A stretch of 64,000 nt of DNA from Octopus sinensis (lineage: Eukaryota): NCBI RefSeq assembly GCF_006345805.1, contig NC_043006.1:1798001-1862000 (forward strand), written 5' to 3'. Under the pieces are notes generated by a model, which worked only from the letters and a program-made list of their open reading frames with translations, did no database searches and was not told where the DNA came from. The position numbers and the translations under genes were made by a program. The first letter of the stretch is position 1; each line of letters starts with the position of its first letter. Below, in pieces: positions 26,114-40,139 of the stretch.

Positions 26114-28660
26114 GTAAGTCAAGGATTTCTCTATTTCTTAGGAATGAGACATTGAAAAATATTTTTCAGGAATGAGACATTGCTTGCAAAAATGTTATTG
26201 CCATACTTACCTGTTCTCCTCCTCTCTGCATTTTCTTATCATTTAGATAAAAATGAGATTACAATGGTTAAAATATAATCATGGTCATCAGCATCATCAT
26301 CATCATCATTGATATCTTCAGCAGCAGACATGATGATGATAGCATATATGTCACTGTAATCTCTTTATTTCTTTATGGATATTTGTCCCTTGTGAATATG
26401 CCAGGCACTTTGCCACCATCTCTATCCTGCTGTCTCCCCCCTCTCTCTCTCCCTCTCCTCCAGCACTGCCCTCAGGTTGGGTAACCATGTATCTCCTTTG
26501 TGACAGCACACCTGTTTCAGTCTTCATTCCTGATCCCCCCATCCCCCAGCAAAGTAACTGTGTACCTCCTCTACAGCAAAACATCCGTTTCTGTCTCTCC
26601 GTCTCACTTTAACCTTTCATCATCTGACACAAGATCCCCTCCTCCAATGCCCCCTTCCCCTCTCAAAATATTTTAGTCTTGCAAGTTACTTGGTGACCCT
26701 GTCAGTGCAGGTGCCACTTAAAAAGCATCCAGTCCACGCTGTAAAGGTGTTGGCATTTGGAAGGGCATCCAGCTGTAAAAACCTTGCCAAAACTGACCTC
26801 ACCTGTGCTTGTGCTATAAGCACTAACTCCACTCTGCTGGGTGGTTGGTGTTAGGAAGAGCATCCAGCTGTAAAAATCCTGCCAAAACAGTCACAGAAGT
26901 CCGGTGCAGGCTTCTGCCTGGCTGGTTCTTGTGGTACCATCCCACCCATGCCAGCATAGAAGGTGGACGTTAAAAGGTGATGATGATACCCTCAAAGTAC
27001 AAGAAGCAGGACAGAGAATAGGGGCAGACAAACTTCATACCGTTTCTGTCTATTGAATTCACTGTCGGCCCAGGAGCTGCAATAGAAAACAATCCTCCGT
27101 TGTTAGACTTCATCATCAGCATCATCATTTAATGTCTGCTTTCCATGCTAGCATGGGTTGGACGATTTGACTGAGGACTGATGAACCAGATGGCTTCACC
27201 AGGCTCCAATTTTGATCTGGCAGAGTTTCTACACCTGGATGCCCTTCCTAACGCCAACCACTCCGAGAGTGTAGTGGGTGCTTTTTTTACATGCCACCAG
27301 CACAGGGGCCAGTCAGGCGGTACTGGCAACAGCCATGCTCAAATGGAGTTTTTTACGTGCCACCTGCACAGGAGCCAGTCCAGCGGCACTGGTAATGACC
27401 TCGCTCAAATGCTTTTTCACATGCCACTGGCACAAGTGCCAGTAAGGCGGCACTGGTAAGGATCACGCTCAAATGGTGCTTTTTACGTGCCACCAGCACA
27501 GAAGCCAGATAGCTGCTCTAGTAACAATCACACTTGGATGGTGCTCTTAGCGCTCCACTAGCACAGATGCCAATCATTGAATTTTATTTTGATTTCACTT
27601 GCCTCAACAGGTCTTCGCAAGCAGAGTACACACGGTTTGGTTTGTAGATAGTAAAGCCTCACAGGACACAAGAAGCAGTTAGTATATTTGAACAACTGAA
27701 CCCCATGTAAAGTTTGTGTTTAACCGTTTAGCATTTAAAATGGCCATATCAGGCTAAAATATCCTACATGTGTTCAAACAATCCAGCTTTGGTTCCTCAC
27801 ACCTACCTTACAATGTCATTCTAAAAATAAACTACCATGTTGTCAGAATCTTGGAGCTACAAGATAATTCATGATTATTCCAAGACAATGTGAATAGGTC
27901 TGCATTACATTTAACAGAATAATACTACTACTATTGGTCTCATAAGAGACCCACTGCGTTGAGGCAGTTCGTAATTCACAGATGGGTGACCTTTGGCACA
28001 TTGGACACCTGTCCTGAAAATCTGGTACTCAAGAGCACACGTTAAGTTAAATAAAGTCATGGCCAACCTATAACTTACAGCCATGTCCTTTACGGCCAAA
28101 CACTTCTTTCCCCTCACACACAAACTCTTTCTATCTCTCTAGTAAAACTGCCCCACAATCTATCTTCTCAACATCCCCGCCACCCACTACAGCCCCCTCT
28201 ATCTTTCACATGCTTCTTTGCACATTCTCTATGCCTTTATATACCTACCATATCACCTCCCAGCCATGCCAATTCCTCTCACCATCCTTGCTATCTCTAA
28301 ATATCCCCCACCTCACACTCTTATGGAACATCCCCTCTGTACTACTTACTCTTCTCCCACTGTTCCCTGTAAGTAGGCCCTCTCTGTCTCACTCTGACTG
28401 ACTCTATCTTTCTCTCTTACTCTCTCCCACCTCCCTCTCCTTCCTTGTCCTATCGGGGTAGCCAAGTATCTCCTCTGAACTAATCCCTGTTCCCCTATCA
28501 TACTCTAACCATTCGCATGGCACACTGTTACTTTTCTCATTTCCACTTCCTGCCTCAGCTGAGAGGTCCTTGAATTGCAAGCTACTTGGCAACCCCACAG
28601 GTGCTAGAGCCAATTAAAAAGCATGTGCTGGTGCCAGGTAGAAAGCACCCATGCTGGTAC

Positions 28661-30100
28661 CACATAAAAAGTACCCATACTGGCTCTATGTAAGCAGTAC
28701 CACATAAAAAGTACCCATACTGGCTCTATGTAAGCAGTACCACATAAAAAGTACCCATACTGGCTCTATGTAAGCAGTACCACATAAAAAGTACCCATAC
28801 TGGCTCTATGTAAGCAGTACCACATAAAAAGTACCCATACTGGCTCTATGTAAGCAGTACCACATAAAAAGTACCCATACTGGCTCTATGTAAGCAGTAC
28901 CACATAAAAAGTACCCATACTGGCTCTATGTAAGCAGTACCGCATAAAAAGTACCCATACTGGCTCTATGTAAGCAGTACCGCATAAAAAGTACCCATAC
29001 TGGCTCTATGTAAGCAGTACCGCATAAAAAGTACCCATACTGGCTCTATGTAAGCAGTACCGCATAAAAAGTACCCATACTGGCTCTATGTAAGCAGTAC
29101 CCCCGCATAAAAAGTACCCATACTGGCTCTATGTAAGCAGTACCGCATAAAAAGTACCCATACTGGCTCTATGTAAGCAGTACCGCATAAAAAGTACCCA
29201 TACTGGCTCTATGTAAGCAGTACCGCATAAAAAGTACCCATACTGGCTCTATGTAAGCAGTACCGCATAAAAAGTACCCATACTGGCTCTATGTAAGCAG
29301 TACCGCATAAAAAGTACCCATACTGGCTCTATGTAAGCAGTACCGCATAAAAAGTACCCATACTGGCTCTATGTAAGCAGTACCGCATAAAAAGTACCCA
29401 TACTGGCTCTATGTAAGCAGTACCACATAAAAAGTACCCATACTGGCTCTATGTAAGCAGTACCACATAAAAAGTACCCATACTGGCTCTATGTAAGCAG
29501 TACCACATAAAAAGTACCCATACTGGCTCTATGTAAGCAGTACCACATAAAAAGTACCCATACTGGCTCTATGTAAGCAGTACCACAAAAAGTACCCATA
29601 CTGTCTCTATGTAAGCAGTACCACATAAAAAGTACCCATACTGGCTCTATGTAAGCAGTACCACATAAAAAGTACCCATACTGGCTCTATGTAAGCAGTA
29701 CCACATAAAAAGTACCCATACTGGCTCTATGTAAGCAGTACCACATAAAAAGTACCCATACTGGCTCTATGTAAGCAGTACCACATAAAAAGTACCCATA
29801 CTGGCTCTATGTAAGCAGTACCACATAAAAAGTACCCATACTGGCTCTATGTAAGCAGTACCACATAAAAAGTACCCATACTGGCTCTATGTAAGCAGTA
29901 CCACATAAAAAGTACCCATACTGGCTCTATGTAAGCAGTGCCACATAAAAAGTACCCATACTGGCTCTATGTAAGCAGTGCCACATAAAAAGTACCCATA
30001 CTGGCTCTATGTAAGCAGTACCACATAAAAAGTACCCATACTGGCTCTATGTAAGCAGTACCACATAAAAAGTACCCATACTGGCTCTATGTAAGCAGTG
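28661..30100 (+). repeat. Minisatellite, about 36 copies of the 40-bp unit cacataaaaagtacccatactggctctatgtaagcagtac
   Basis: direct reading; near-identical units. Confidence 0.97.
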
Positions 30101-30559
30101 CCGCATAAAAAGCGCCCATACTAGCTCCATCTAAAAAGCGCTCGTGCCAGTGCCTCGTAAGAAGCACCTGTGCTGGCATCATATGAAAAGCACTTGTGCT
30201 GGTATCATGTAAACAGCTCCCATGCTGGTGTCACATTAAAAGGCACCCACTACACTCTGTAAAGTGGTTGGAATTAAGAAGGGCATCCAGCCATAGAAAC
30301 CAAGCCAAAACAGACAAGTGGAGCCAGGTACAGCTCTTAAACTTGCTGACGTCTATTAAGCTATCAAACCCACGCCAGCATGGAAAATGGTCATTAAGTG
30401 ATGATGATGATGATGACATAAGACCAATAGTTAATGAGTTTTAACCCTGAACAAGCAGTAACAATTATGGATTAATTATTATAGACTAACAGTTTTGGAT
30501 TTATTATTTTAGACATGTATTTGTGTGTGTGTGTGTATATATATACATATATATATAAG

Positions 30560-31045
30560 AGTTTTTTGCATAATAAGATTAAAAACCAAGGCTGTATAGA
30601 TATTAGAGCATTTATAGATAGAAGGTCTTACAGCTGTTTCTAGGATATTAATTAATAATATTCCTTAATCGGAGACGGTGTGAGAAGAAAAATTAAGTCA
30701 TAGTTAGTTTCGATGTGATACAAATAGAGAGTGAGGTGGAGGAAAGAAAATAGATGTAAGATATGTTTGGTTATTGAATATGTAAATCCATTTTATAGGC
30801 ATAATGGTATATATGCAATATTCCAATATCCTATGAGTAAAGTCCGACAAAGTTTAATATGAGTCCATCCGAATATAGAGTTTATAAGCAATGTAAGATT
30901 CTCTTAAACTTGGTCATTCCCAGTAGGGAATTTATATAGAGTGTAGCAGAGTCAAGGTTTGTATTTAAAAAAAAAAAATACAAACCTTGACTCTGCTACA
31001 CTCTATATAAATTCCCTACTGGGAATGACCAAGTTTAAGAGAATC
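30560..31045 (-). mobile_element. Penelope-like remnant: degenerate minimal hammerhead (30625-30676, minus) plus a 70-bp perfect fold-back (30897-31045)
   Basis: minus strand gtct-CCGATTA-agg..cct-a-GAAAC-agct-GTA-agac; adjacent to TA/TG microsatellite; no RT or GIY-YIG ORF recognised. Confidence 0.55.
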
Positions 31046-31178
31046 AAAAAACGAGAGAATATCTTAGCTTTAGCAATGCATAACTGGGCGTCCGAGAACA
31101 ATTTAAGTTGAGATTATATAAGATGTACTATTTCATGATGGTAGTAAGATCAACAAAAAAAGTACTCCATGTATATAT

Positions 31179-31220
<42 letters not shown>

Positions 31221-33843
31221 TATACACCTATACATAAACACATGCATATATGCGATGGGGTTCACTCACAAGGCTTTGGCCAACCTGGGGCTGTAGTAGA
31301 AAACACTTTCCCAAGGTGCCATAAGTGAGATTTCTAACACTTTTTGTGGTCGCTTGCAGGCTTTCTCTTTGGCTGGACTCACTAGGAAAAGGGTACAAAT
31401 GATTTTAATCAGCTGAAATCAGCTGATTAAAATCTTGGTAGTATTTATATTGTCATTTATATTGTTCCAAGGAAAAACTTGCCTAGCCTTGATTTGAACT
31501 CAGAAACATGAAATTTTTGAACAGCGTTGGACACTGACCCCAGTTGATATTCACTACCATATTAGCACTGCTGCTGCTACCACTACTACTACCGCCACCA
31601 GCACTGCTACTACTGTTGTGATTTCTGATCACCTTTATCAACACCCTTTCATCCACCACGTGATTGTGTTGTAAACCAGATGTTTTCAACCACAATGTTC
31701 CATCTGCTCTGCAGATGCAACAGTCTTCCTTTTTCCATGTGTATGTGTATTCCTTGGCAGCCAAGTGGAATGCATCTCCTCCCATCTCTTAAAAAATAAA
31801 CAATCTTGATACTTATTTGTTTTTTTTCTCTTTCTTCTGTAAAACTTTTAAAATGCTGATGAAAGTGTGCCACATAGGGCCCCATACTTGATGTGCCGTG
31901 GACTGAAAAACATTAACTGTCACTAAGTTGGAAGTATCATCATCATCATCGCTTTAACATCCACTTTACCATGCTTGCATGGGTCAGATGGAGTTTATTG
32001 TGACAGATTTCTTATGGAATTTTGCCCTTCTTGTTGCCAACTCTAACTTGTTTCCAAGCAAGATTCATCATCATCATCATCAATCAACATCTACTCTCCG
32101 TGCTGGTATGGGTTAGATGGTTTGACTGGAGCTGATGAGCCAGAGAGCTGCACCAAATTCCAGTCTGATTTGGCATGATTTCTACTGCTGGATGCCTTTC
32201 CTATAAAGGGTAAAGGCACCCTTCAGTCATGAATGACCATGGGCTTGCACTGAGAAAGTTCCCTTCTAACGCACAAGTCTGGGCACAGTTGTTTATGAAA
32301 GACCAGCAGCCACCCATGCATCCCAGACCCCTTCTCTACACCAACGATGTTATCCGAGGGAAAGGCAAAGGGGCCGATACAGCATGGCCCCAGTGATGTC
32401 GCAGCTCAATTCTACAGCTGAGGGAACTGGAGCAACATGAAATTAAGTGTCTTGCTCAAGAACACAACACACTGCCCAGTCCAGGAATCAAACTCATATA
32501 CATGTATATATAAGTTCAGCAAAAATTTAGATTCAAATGAATATGGTACTTAATTTAGATGCACCAGAATTCTGTATGGTGTTATCCAGGTGGCACGTAA
32601 AAAGCACCCACTACACTCACGGAGTGGTTGGCGTTAGGGAGGGCATCCAGCCGTAGAAACACTGCCAAATCTGACTGGGCCTGATGAAGCCTTCCGGCTT
32701 CACAGACCCCAGTTAAACCATCCAACCCATGCTAGCATGGAAAACGGACGCTAAATGATGATGATGATGATTATAATCAAAATAAGCAACAAGAATGACT
32801 CCGGTAATTTGGTATGATCGTTTCATACTACATCATTTTATTAAATGTTGTAAGTATTACAACAGTTTTAAAATACTGAGCACTCATCAGCCAATTATAG
32901 AGGTTTTCCATTAATACAAAAATTTCCATATCAAGTGGCAACATTATAGAGAAGGTAGATACATAGACAAAGATGTGGATTAAAATTTTAAGAACATTTG
33001 AGGTTGTGGAGCCCATCAACTGACTGACTAAGATTCAGTTGTTCCAGACTACTGTAAGGTTCTTAGAGAGAAGAACAAATGAAAAGAGACAATAAAGATT
33101 TACTAATTATAGAAATGGGGTACTAGAAAATTGAGACAAATATAGTTCCAAGTCCTTTCATCTCACACAACTTTTGAAAATCATTAAATAGTGAAATCAG
33201 ATAGCTGGAAGTCAATAAATTACCATCCAAGCAAGATATTACTTGCTCATGACCAGGCACATTTCCAAAGAAGCCTAGAAATGAGGGACTTGGCTTTTAT
33301 GACAGTGATGCTGGTGTGAGTGTACTTGTCTCTCTTTGTCTTGATATCATAATATAGTTATAAATGAACATCGCCATCATACATCCAGTGTCCCTTATTT
33401 CCAGTCTTCCATGAAAACATGTCTGGTCATGGGGAAATATTACCTTTCTTGGAAACAAGTGAAAGTTGGTGACAGGTAGGGCATCCCAGCTGTAGAAAGT
33501 CTGCTTTAAAAAAAAAATTCATTTGACACATGCAAGCATGGAAAAAGTTGCATGTGTAAACGATGTTATATATATATATATATAATGGTCATTAATTATT
33601 TTTCCATTATTAGAGCAAATTTAACTTACAGCTGTTTCCAGTGGTTATTATAGTTATTATGTTATGTTATGTTATTATAGTTATGTTGATTAGTTGAGAA
33701 AAATTGAATGATCTAAAAAATTGATGCTGCTTTCGTTTGAGCCAGACAGAACAAATTTTCCCTTTGGCCAAAGTAGAGACAAAATATGACATCCAACTCA
33801 TGCTAGCATGAAAATAAGGAACATTAAGTGATGATGATGATTT

Positions 33844-33887
<44 letters not shown>

Positions 33888-33948
33888 TGTGCCAAATTTG
33901 CTACTGCCAGCGCAGGCTTGTGAAATATTGTTTTTGTTGCTTAATCAG

Positions 33949-34067
33949 GTGGACGAAGAGAAAGCATGTCTTATCTGTCCAGACAGAATTAATACTCGAC
34001 GAACAACACAGAATATTCAAAGTGAGATAACAGAGATAAATAAACGTGTTGAAGCGACAGAAAGGAG
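33949..34067 (+). CDS. SMC6: SMC6 exon VDEEKACLICPDRINTRRTTQNIQSEITEINKRVEATER(R)
   Basis: ttaatcag / AG|gtaagt; phase 0-2; A..ICP.RI motif. Confidence 0.92.
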
Positions 34068-34136
34068 GTAAGTTCAGTTTTTCATGTCTCTCTTACATTA
34101 CTTCACCTCTGTAAGGTTACTTTTGGGACGGGGACA

Positions 34137-34176
<40 letters not shown>

Positions 34177-35261
34177 GTTGCTGTTTATTTTCAATGATGT
34201 TGCAGCTTTCTGTTATCACTGACGTGTGTGTGTGTGTGTGTCTGTGTGTGAGAGAGGATCTGAGGAATTATGTAAGGTCTCTTGCTGTCTTATTGTTTTG
34301 TCAATTGACTTTAATTACCATTCATTAACTTTGTAATTAGTGTTAATTGTAATATATGTAACGTTGAATATTGTCATGTCTTTTTACTGATGTACACTTG
34401 CATGAAACATTAGGCCCCACCGAGGCAATGACCAGTGACCGAGGCTTTTGGAAATATGCTGTGCTTGAGAAGACCCGGCAAGCCAAGTGAGACCATAACC
34501 TTGGGGCCTATGCCAGGGGTGTAACCAGCCCACTTATGCGTACCTTTTCCTTCTCTGGTCACTAAACTCTGCTTGCGAAGACCTGTTGAGGCAAGTGAAA
34601 TCGAAATCAAATTCGATGACTGGCATCCATGCAAGTGGAGCGCTGAGAGCACCATTAGGCCTTAGCATCAGCATTAACTCTCACATTAGGGGTTTACATA
34701 ACAAATTTTCTAGCTTCTCCAATAAATCGCCATTATTGAAAAATATCTTGAGTTCTTCATTCATCCTCTTTTCTCTCTCTCTGATTCTTTTACCAGTTTT
34801 CTGTTCTTCAGAACTGAGCAACTGCACCATACTGCCTCTTGAATTTGTATATTGTAACTACAATTCATTCTCCCCATTGCATCACTTCTGAAGTCAGCCA
34901 TTCTAGAGAATTCCTTCCTTAACATATTTATCTCATAATACACCAAAATATGCAATTCTCAAGTCAATTTGGAAGAGCTATGAGGTTGTTCATCATGCTA
35001 GTAATAACAGCTACATCTCTCTCTAATTTCACCTTATCTTAAAAAAAAAGGTTGTCTGAAATACACTATATCTGATTAAGAAAAAAACAAGATGTCATGG
35101 CTGGAGTGTCTGATAATAATTCTGCTCTGTCAGAGTTTATCTGTGGTTAAGTGTGAATCCCCTCCAGTTCTTTAACCCTATAGCATTGAATCCGGGCATA
35201 TTCAACCAAAATATTCTATTTGTTTTGTGTTCAATCTAACTAGATCAGGCCTCTCACGCCT

Positions 35262-36380
35262 ATCTTGGGAGCTGTGTTGTTTTCTGACTTTGCAGGCATG
35301 TCCACGTGTGTTAGACACATGGAGATCAAAAAGGTGTTCAGTGTTGTTATTGGTGAGGTGGTTGACAACTTTGTGGGCGTTTACCAAGTCCATCGCCAGA
35401 CGCCGGAGCTTCAGTGAATCCATGCCCAGGGAAACAAGGCGCTCAGAATATGGTAGGTGTCTGATGGAGGGTATGCGTTTGGTTGCACGTCTCTGAACAG
35501 ATTCCAGGAGGTCAATGTTCTGAGCAAGATAGGGGTTCCAAACTGATGATGCGAATTCCAAATGTGGTCGTACCATAGCTGTATACAGTTTTAAATAGAT
35601 GGCTGGAGAGTGGCTAACAAAAGTCTTGCTGAGTGATGCCAAGACACCCTCGGCCTTCTTGACAATTTTAGAGATATGCTTTGTCCAACGCAAATCACTG
35701 CTGACAGTGATGCCTAGGTCACGCTCGCAAGAGGATTTCTTGATATCAGTGTTGTGGAGGGAGTATGTGGACGCAGGGTTTTTTCTCCCAAAATGCATGG
35801 TGGTACACTTGTCCACAGCCAGTTTCAGTTACCAGTCTGTGATCCATTGCTGCATTGTGTCCAGGTCTGATTGCAGGAAAGAGCTGTAGACAACAGGATC
35901 TGTCCTCTTGATTTCAAGGTACAGCTTGATGTCGTCTGCATATTTTAATACTGTGGCATTCTTTAAATTTGCATCTATGTCATTAATGTATGCCACAAAC
36001 AAGAGGGGACCAAGGACAGATCCCTGTGGTACACCCGATGACATCTTATATGGTGTAGAATGCTGTCCTAGAACTGTGACTACCTCCTTTCGGTTGAGAA
36101 TGAAGGATTTCAACCAGTTAAAAAGGTCATCCCTCACACCCATTGCAGAGAGTTTCACCATAAGCCTTTTGTGTGGCACAGAGTTGAAAGCCTTAGCAAA
36201 GTCAAGGTAGACAACATCCACCCATGAGCCACTGTCAGTGATCTGAGTAATGTCCTCAAGGAACTCGACAAGCTGATCACTGCAGCTGGAGTTAGGGACA
36301 AATCCATATTGTGAGGGTCGGATGAGACTGTGTGAGCTCCAGAAGTTCCAAAGTGTTTCTCTGATACACAATTCCATCAT
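35262..36380 (-). mobile_element. CR1-clade LINE reverse transcriptase fragment (one in-frame stop near 35829)
   Basis: QYGF, YLDFAKAFNSVPH, SGVPQGSVLGPLLF, YADD, VRPHLEFASSVWNPY, LESVQRRATK. Confidence 0.95.
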
Positions 36381-37975
36381 GAAACATTGAAAGCAATTAG
36401 CCCCTTACAGATCCTATAGATTGAGGCCCATGTACACTGGCCTGACAACCCTAACAATGACCCCAATACACCTGGTTAAATTTCTGGGGATGGTAATTAG
36501 TCAATTATATCAACCCTGGTACATGGCTGGTACTTATTTTATCAATTCTGAAAAGACGAAAGAAAAATTGACCTTGGCAGAATTTGAACCGACAATATAC
36601 AGTTGGAAGAAATGCTGCAAAGTATTTTGTCTGGCATGCTAATGATTCTGCCAGCTTGGCGCCTTAAACCTGGTTAAATGATAATCAGTGATATGTATCG
36701 GTAAGAAACACTAGTCTGTATAATTTATCATTCGTTATCATGCTCGTTATTATCTCTCATCATATCATCACCTCCACGTTCTACTCTTTCTCAAACTACA
36801 TATCAGTTGGTGTTAGTTTACAATGGGTTAAAAAACACAGTGCAAGAAAACTGATAGTTTCGTCTGATCTTTGTCAGCAAAATATTGTACAAGGTTTCTA
36901 ACAAGTTAAGCATCCGCAGGATCTATTGTGTTTTGCCAGTCAGCCCAGATACTGATAAAAACAGTGTTTAATGTGTTTATCTGGACCTAAATCAGAGTAG
37001 ATGCTGGCTGGTGTCATCAATCCCTGACAAGACTCTGTTTTGGGGTTTTTTTATGATTACTTTCACATCTGAACACAGTAATTTAGGGTTCAGTTTCTGG
37101 GTAGTGAGTTCATGTTTGGGATTCTGCGAACATTCCTACTACATACTGTTTAGAAAAGAAAAATCTGCAGTTGCAGGGCTATCCTCCAATAAAAAAAAAA
37201 CAAAGAAAAACACTCTCTCTCTCTCTTCCTCCTTCTCTCTGCACACGCACACACATGCAGTCTTTCCAGGATGACTTCATCCAAAGTGTCCTCTTTTGTG
37301 TTGATGCCATGATAAGATACACCCACAACACCCTCTAAAGTGGTTAGTATTAAGAAAGGTTTCTAGCAATAGAAACCAGGCCCAAAACGAAACTTATGAG
37401 CCAAAACATGAAGGAGGGCAATGACTCCAAATCAGATCTGCTTCAGACTGTTAGGATGTGTCCAACATGGAAGTGGGACGAGGATGATGATGACAGCTGT
37501 GGCCACTGTCATCTCATCATCAAAGACAGTAGTGTATTAAATGATGGAAATTTGGCTGCTGTTTCTAACTGGTTATATGACCACAGCAAGGTTCCTTTGT
37601 TTGCTCAATAGAGTCGTAGGGTTTTTGTTGGTGATGTTGATATAGTGTTGTTGCTATGGTTGACGTGAGTGTGATCTGTTTGTCTGTTTCGGTTGAACCT
37701 GATTGGGCAGACTTATGATCAAAGAAATTCCAGCTGTGACCATCCTGTCATAAACATAGGTGCATGCATGTACACTACTTTTTTGCTTCTAATCTGGCCA
37801 TACAGGAGCACACAGTACATATCTACATTTCTAAGATGTGTTATCACTGAGGTAGCATGAGTAAATTTCAACTTCATCTGACCCTGCAGTCAAATGTCCT
37901 TCAAGTCATGCCCTACCAGCTTCAGTAAGGAATGGAAAAGAAAAAAGAATACACTGGACAATGCAGTCCTTAACA

Positions 37976-38192
37976 TGCAGGGGGTGCTGGAAAGTTCCTG
38001 GCTTTGGGTAAAAGAAAATACAGAAGGATCAGTTAATCATGACTTTATTCAACATATTTCCCTCTCAGATTCACACACTTGTTACAGCGGTCCTTCAGTT
38101 TTTCTAGCCCCTGTAAAAAATACGGAAGGTTGGGCCTGCAACCCAGTCTTTTGTAATACCCTTGAATCCAGAAATTTTTCAGCACCTTCTCT
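37976..38192. mobile_element. Mariner-type MITE
   Basis: ggtgctggaaagttcctgg ... ccagaaatttttcagcacc imperfect terminal inverted repeats. Confidence 0.6.
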
Positions 38193-38407
38193 CATATACT
38201 CCTAAAAATACAGGGTGGTTGTAGTTAGGCTCTCTTTGATCATGATTCTGATTATGCTAGGTTAAACAATAACAACAGCTTCACTAATTTTTTTTTTTTA
38301 GGACAAAGATTTGAATATGAAAATCTCTTTTTTCACAATTAGTGCTGTTTGTAGGCTTCCCATTTGTTACTGAAATAACTTCAATTTGTGGATATATTTT
38401 GTTGCAG

Positions 38408-38507
38408 ACAAGGAGACTGTGATTTTACAACTCGTAGATACCATGAAACCAAAGAGGCCTTGCGAAAGATCAGGAAAGAAGTTGGTTCATTAAAAAATTT
38501 TTTAAAT
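38408..38507 (+). CDS. SMC6: SMC6 exon QGDCDFTTRRYHETKEALRKIRKEVGSLKNFLN
   Basis: ttgttgcag / gtaagt; 100 nt, phase 2-0. Confidence 0.9.
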
Positions 38508-39051
38508 GTAAGTTTCATTGATTTCTTCATTTTCGTTCTTTTTTTTTTCTTTTTTCTTTTTTGTTCAGAGCTTCTTTGGAATCATGTTGAAAATTGTGTG
38601 TTTAAATACTGTTGACAACCCACTTTGGAGATTCTCAGTTGTAATGTATTAATGCTGAGCTTTCTTGTTTTTGAAGTGCAAGCATGGATGTGTGGTTGAG
38701 AAGTTGCTTACCAACAACATGGTTTCAGGTTCAGTCCCACTGCTTGACACCTTGGGTAACTGTCTTCTCCAAGTCGTGCATGGATTTAGTAAATTTAAAT
38801 TTTACACATGCCTTACTTAGGTTCCATAAAGTGTCATGGGCCAATAAAATTTTCATCTTCTTACCTAATGTGAGCCTGGAGCAATCCCTCACACTGTTTT
38901 GGTATTACGTGTCAAAAGTGAAACAATAACATCTCTATTGTAATGTGATATAATAGTTTCACGATTATATGGTTTCACTTTCAATAGTTTCATTTTTATT
39001 AGTTTCACTATGTGTGTGTATGTATATATATATATATATATACTTGTTTAT

Positions 39052-40100
39052 CTATAATATATAAGACGAAAGATGTGTGTCTGTGTATATATGACTGACC
39101 ATTAGCTTGATCCCATGTAAAATCAATATTTTTCATCTGATTTCATTCAAGCTTTGCAAATATATCACTCATGTTCCACAGAAGGTTCTTCACTCTTTAG
39201 ATTTGTCACTTATGGAGTAATATGGAGAAATGGGGCATCTAGGTTCAGAAGGTCAGAAAACTCTTCTGTGGTGACTGTTGCAGACAAGGGAGGTAACTCT
39301 TTTCGAAGTAACGGTCAGAAATTGATTGTCTGCCTCACACCAGAAGGTTTGCGTGTGTGTGTTGCAGACAATAGGCTGATTTGTTAATATAGGGCATTCG
39401 GTAAATTCCGTAAAACAAATACATACCTTCCTGTCAGCTTTCTCTCTCTTTCGCTTTATTCTAACATCAAATGGACATTTCCACCCACAAAAATAAATAA
39501 ATTTAAAAAACTTTTTTACTGATTTTACCGAATGTTTCACCTTAACAGCTGTTGGATCAGATGTTTAATTTGACATTTCTGCAAGTTGTATCGAAAGATC
39601 GTCCAATTTTGCCCTCAGAAACATCTACAGCACACACTAGCAGAATCATCTTAGATGCCCCAGGTGGAACTAGAAAAATGTTCCGCCTGAATCTTCTTGT
39701 TGTGAAGTTGCGGCATAATGGTGACCTTGTTATTGCTGTTGCCTCCTCAGGAATAGCCTCATTTCTTCTCGATGGAAGACGAACAGCAGACTCTACCATC
39801 AAACTGCCTTTCAATGTAGCTCATCAAGAAAACCCAATGTGCTGCATAATGCATTCCTGGGACGAAGCAACAATTTCGAAAAAGTTCAAGCTCATTGTTT
39901 GGGATGAAGCAACTATGTTCCCTACAGGCACTTCATACCACTATGAGAGACCTTAGATCAAACAACAACATCGTTGGAGGTGTGACACTTCTTGCTGGAG
40001 ATTTTCGACAAACTCTATCTATTATACCCAAACAAACACCCACTGATGAACTTTAAAAATCCTTCCTTTGGTCGCATGTCCAATCGAAACAACTCACCAT
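39052..40100 (+). mobile_element. Decayed Helitron with PIF1-family helicase fragment
   Basis: LDAPGGTRK (motif I), AVASSGIASFLLDGRRTADS (Ia), IVWDEATM (II), then GGVTLLAGDFRQTL in another frame; Helitron-like 5' end tctataatatataag. Confidence 0.9.
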
Positions 40101-40139
40101 TAAAATTGGCAGTGGACAAATTAGGTAGATCTGACATCG

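Noticed and set aside
28661-30100. CRISPR-like array
   Set aside because: Units are contiguous and near-identical with no unique spacers; eukaryotic intron; no cas genes
39552-39956. Host PIF1 helicase gene nested in the intron
   Set aside because: Walker A is mutated (GTRK), there are frameshifts and no exon structure, and a Helitron-like 5' end lies upstream
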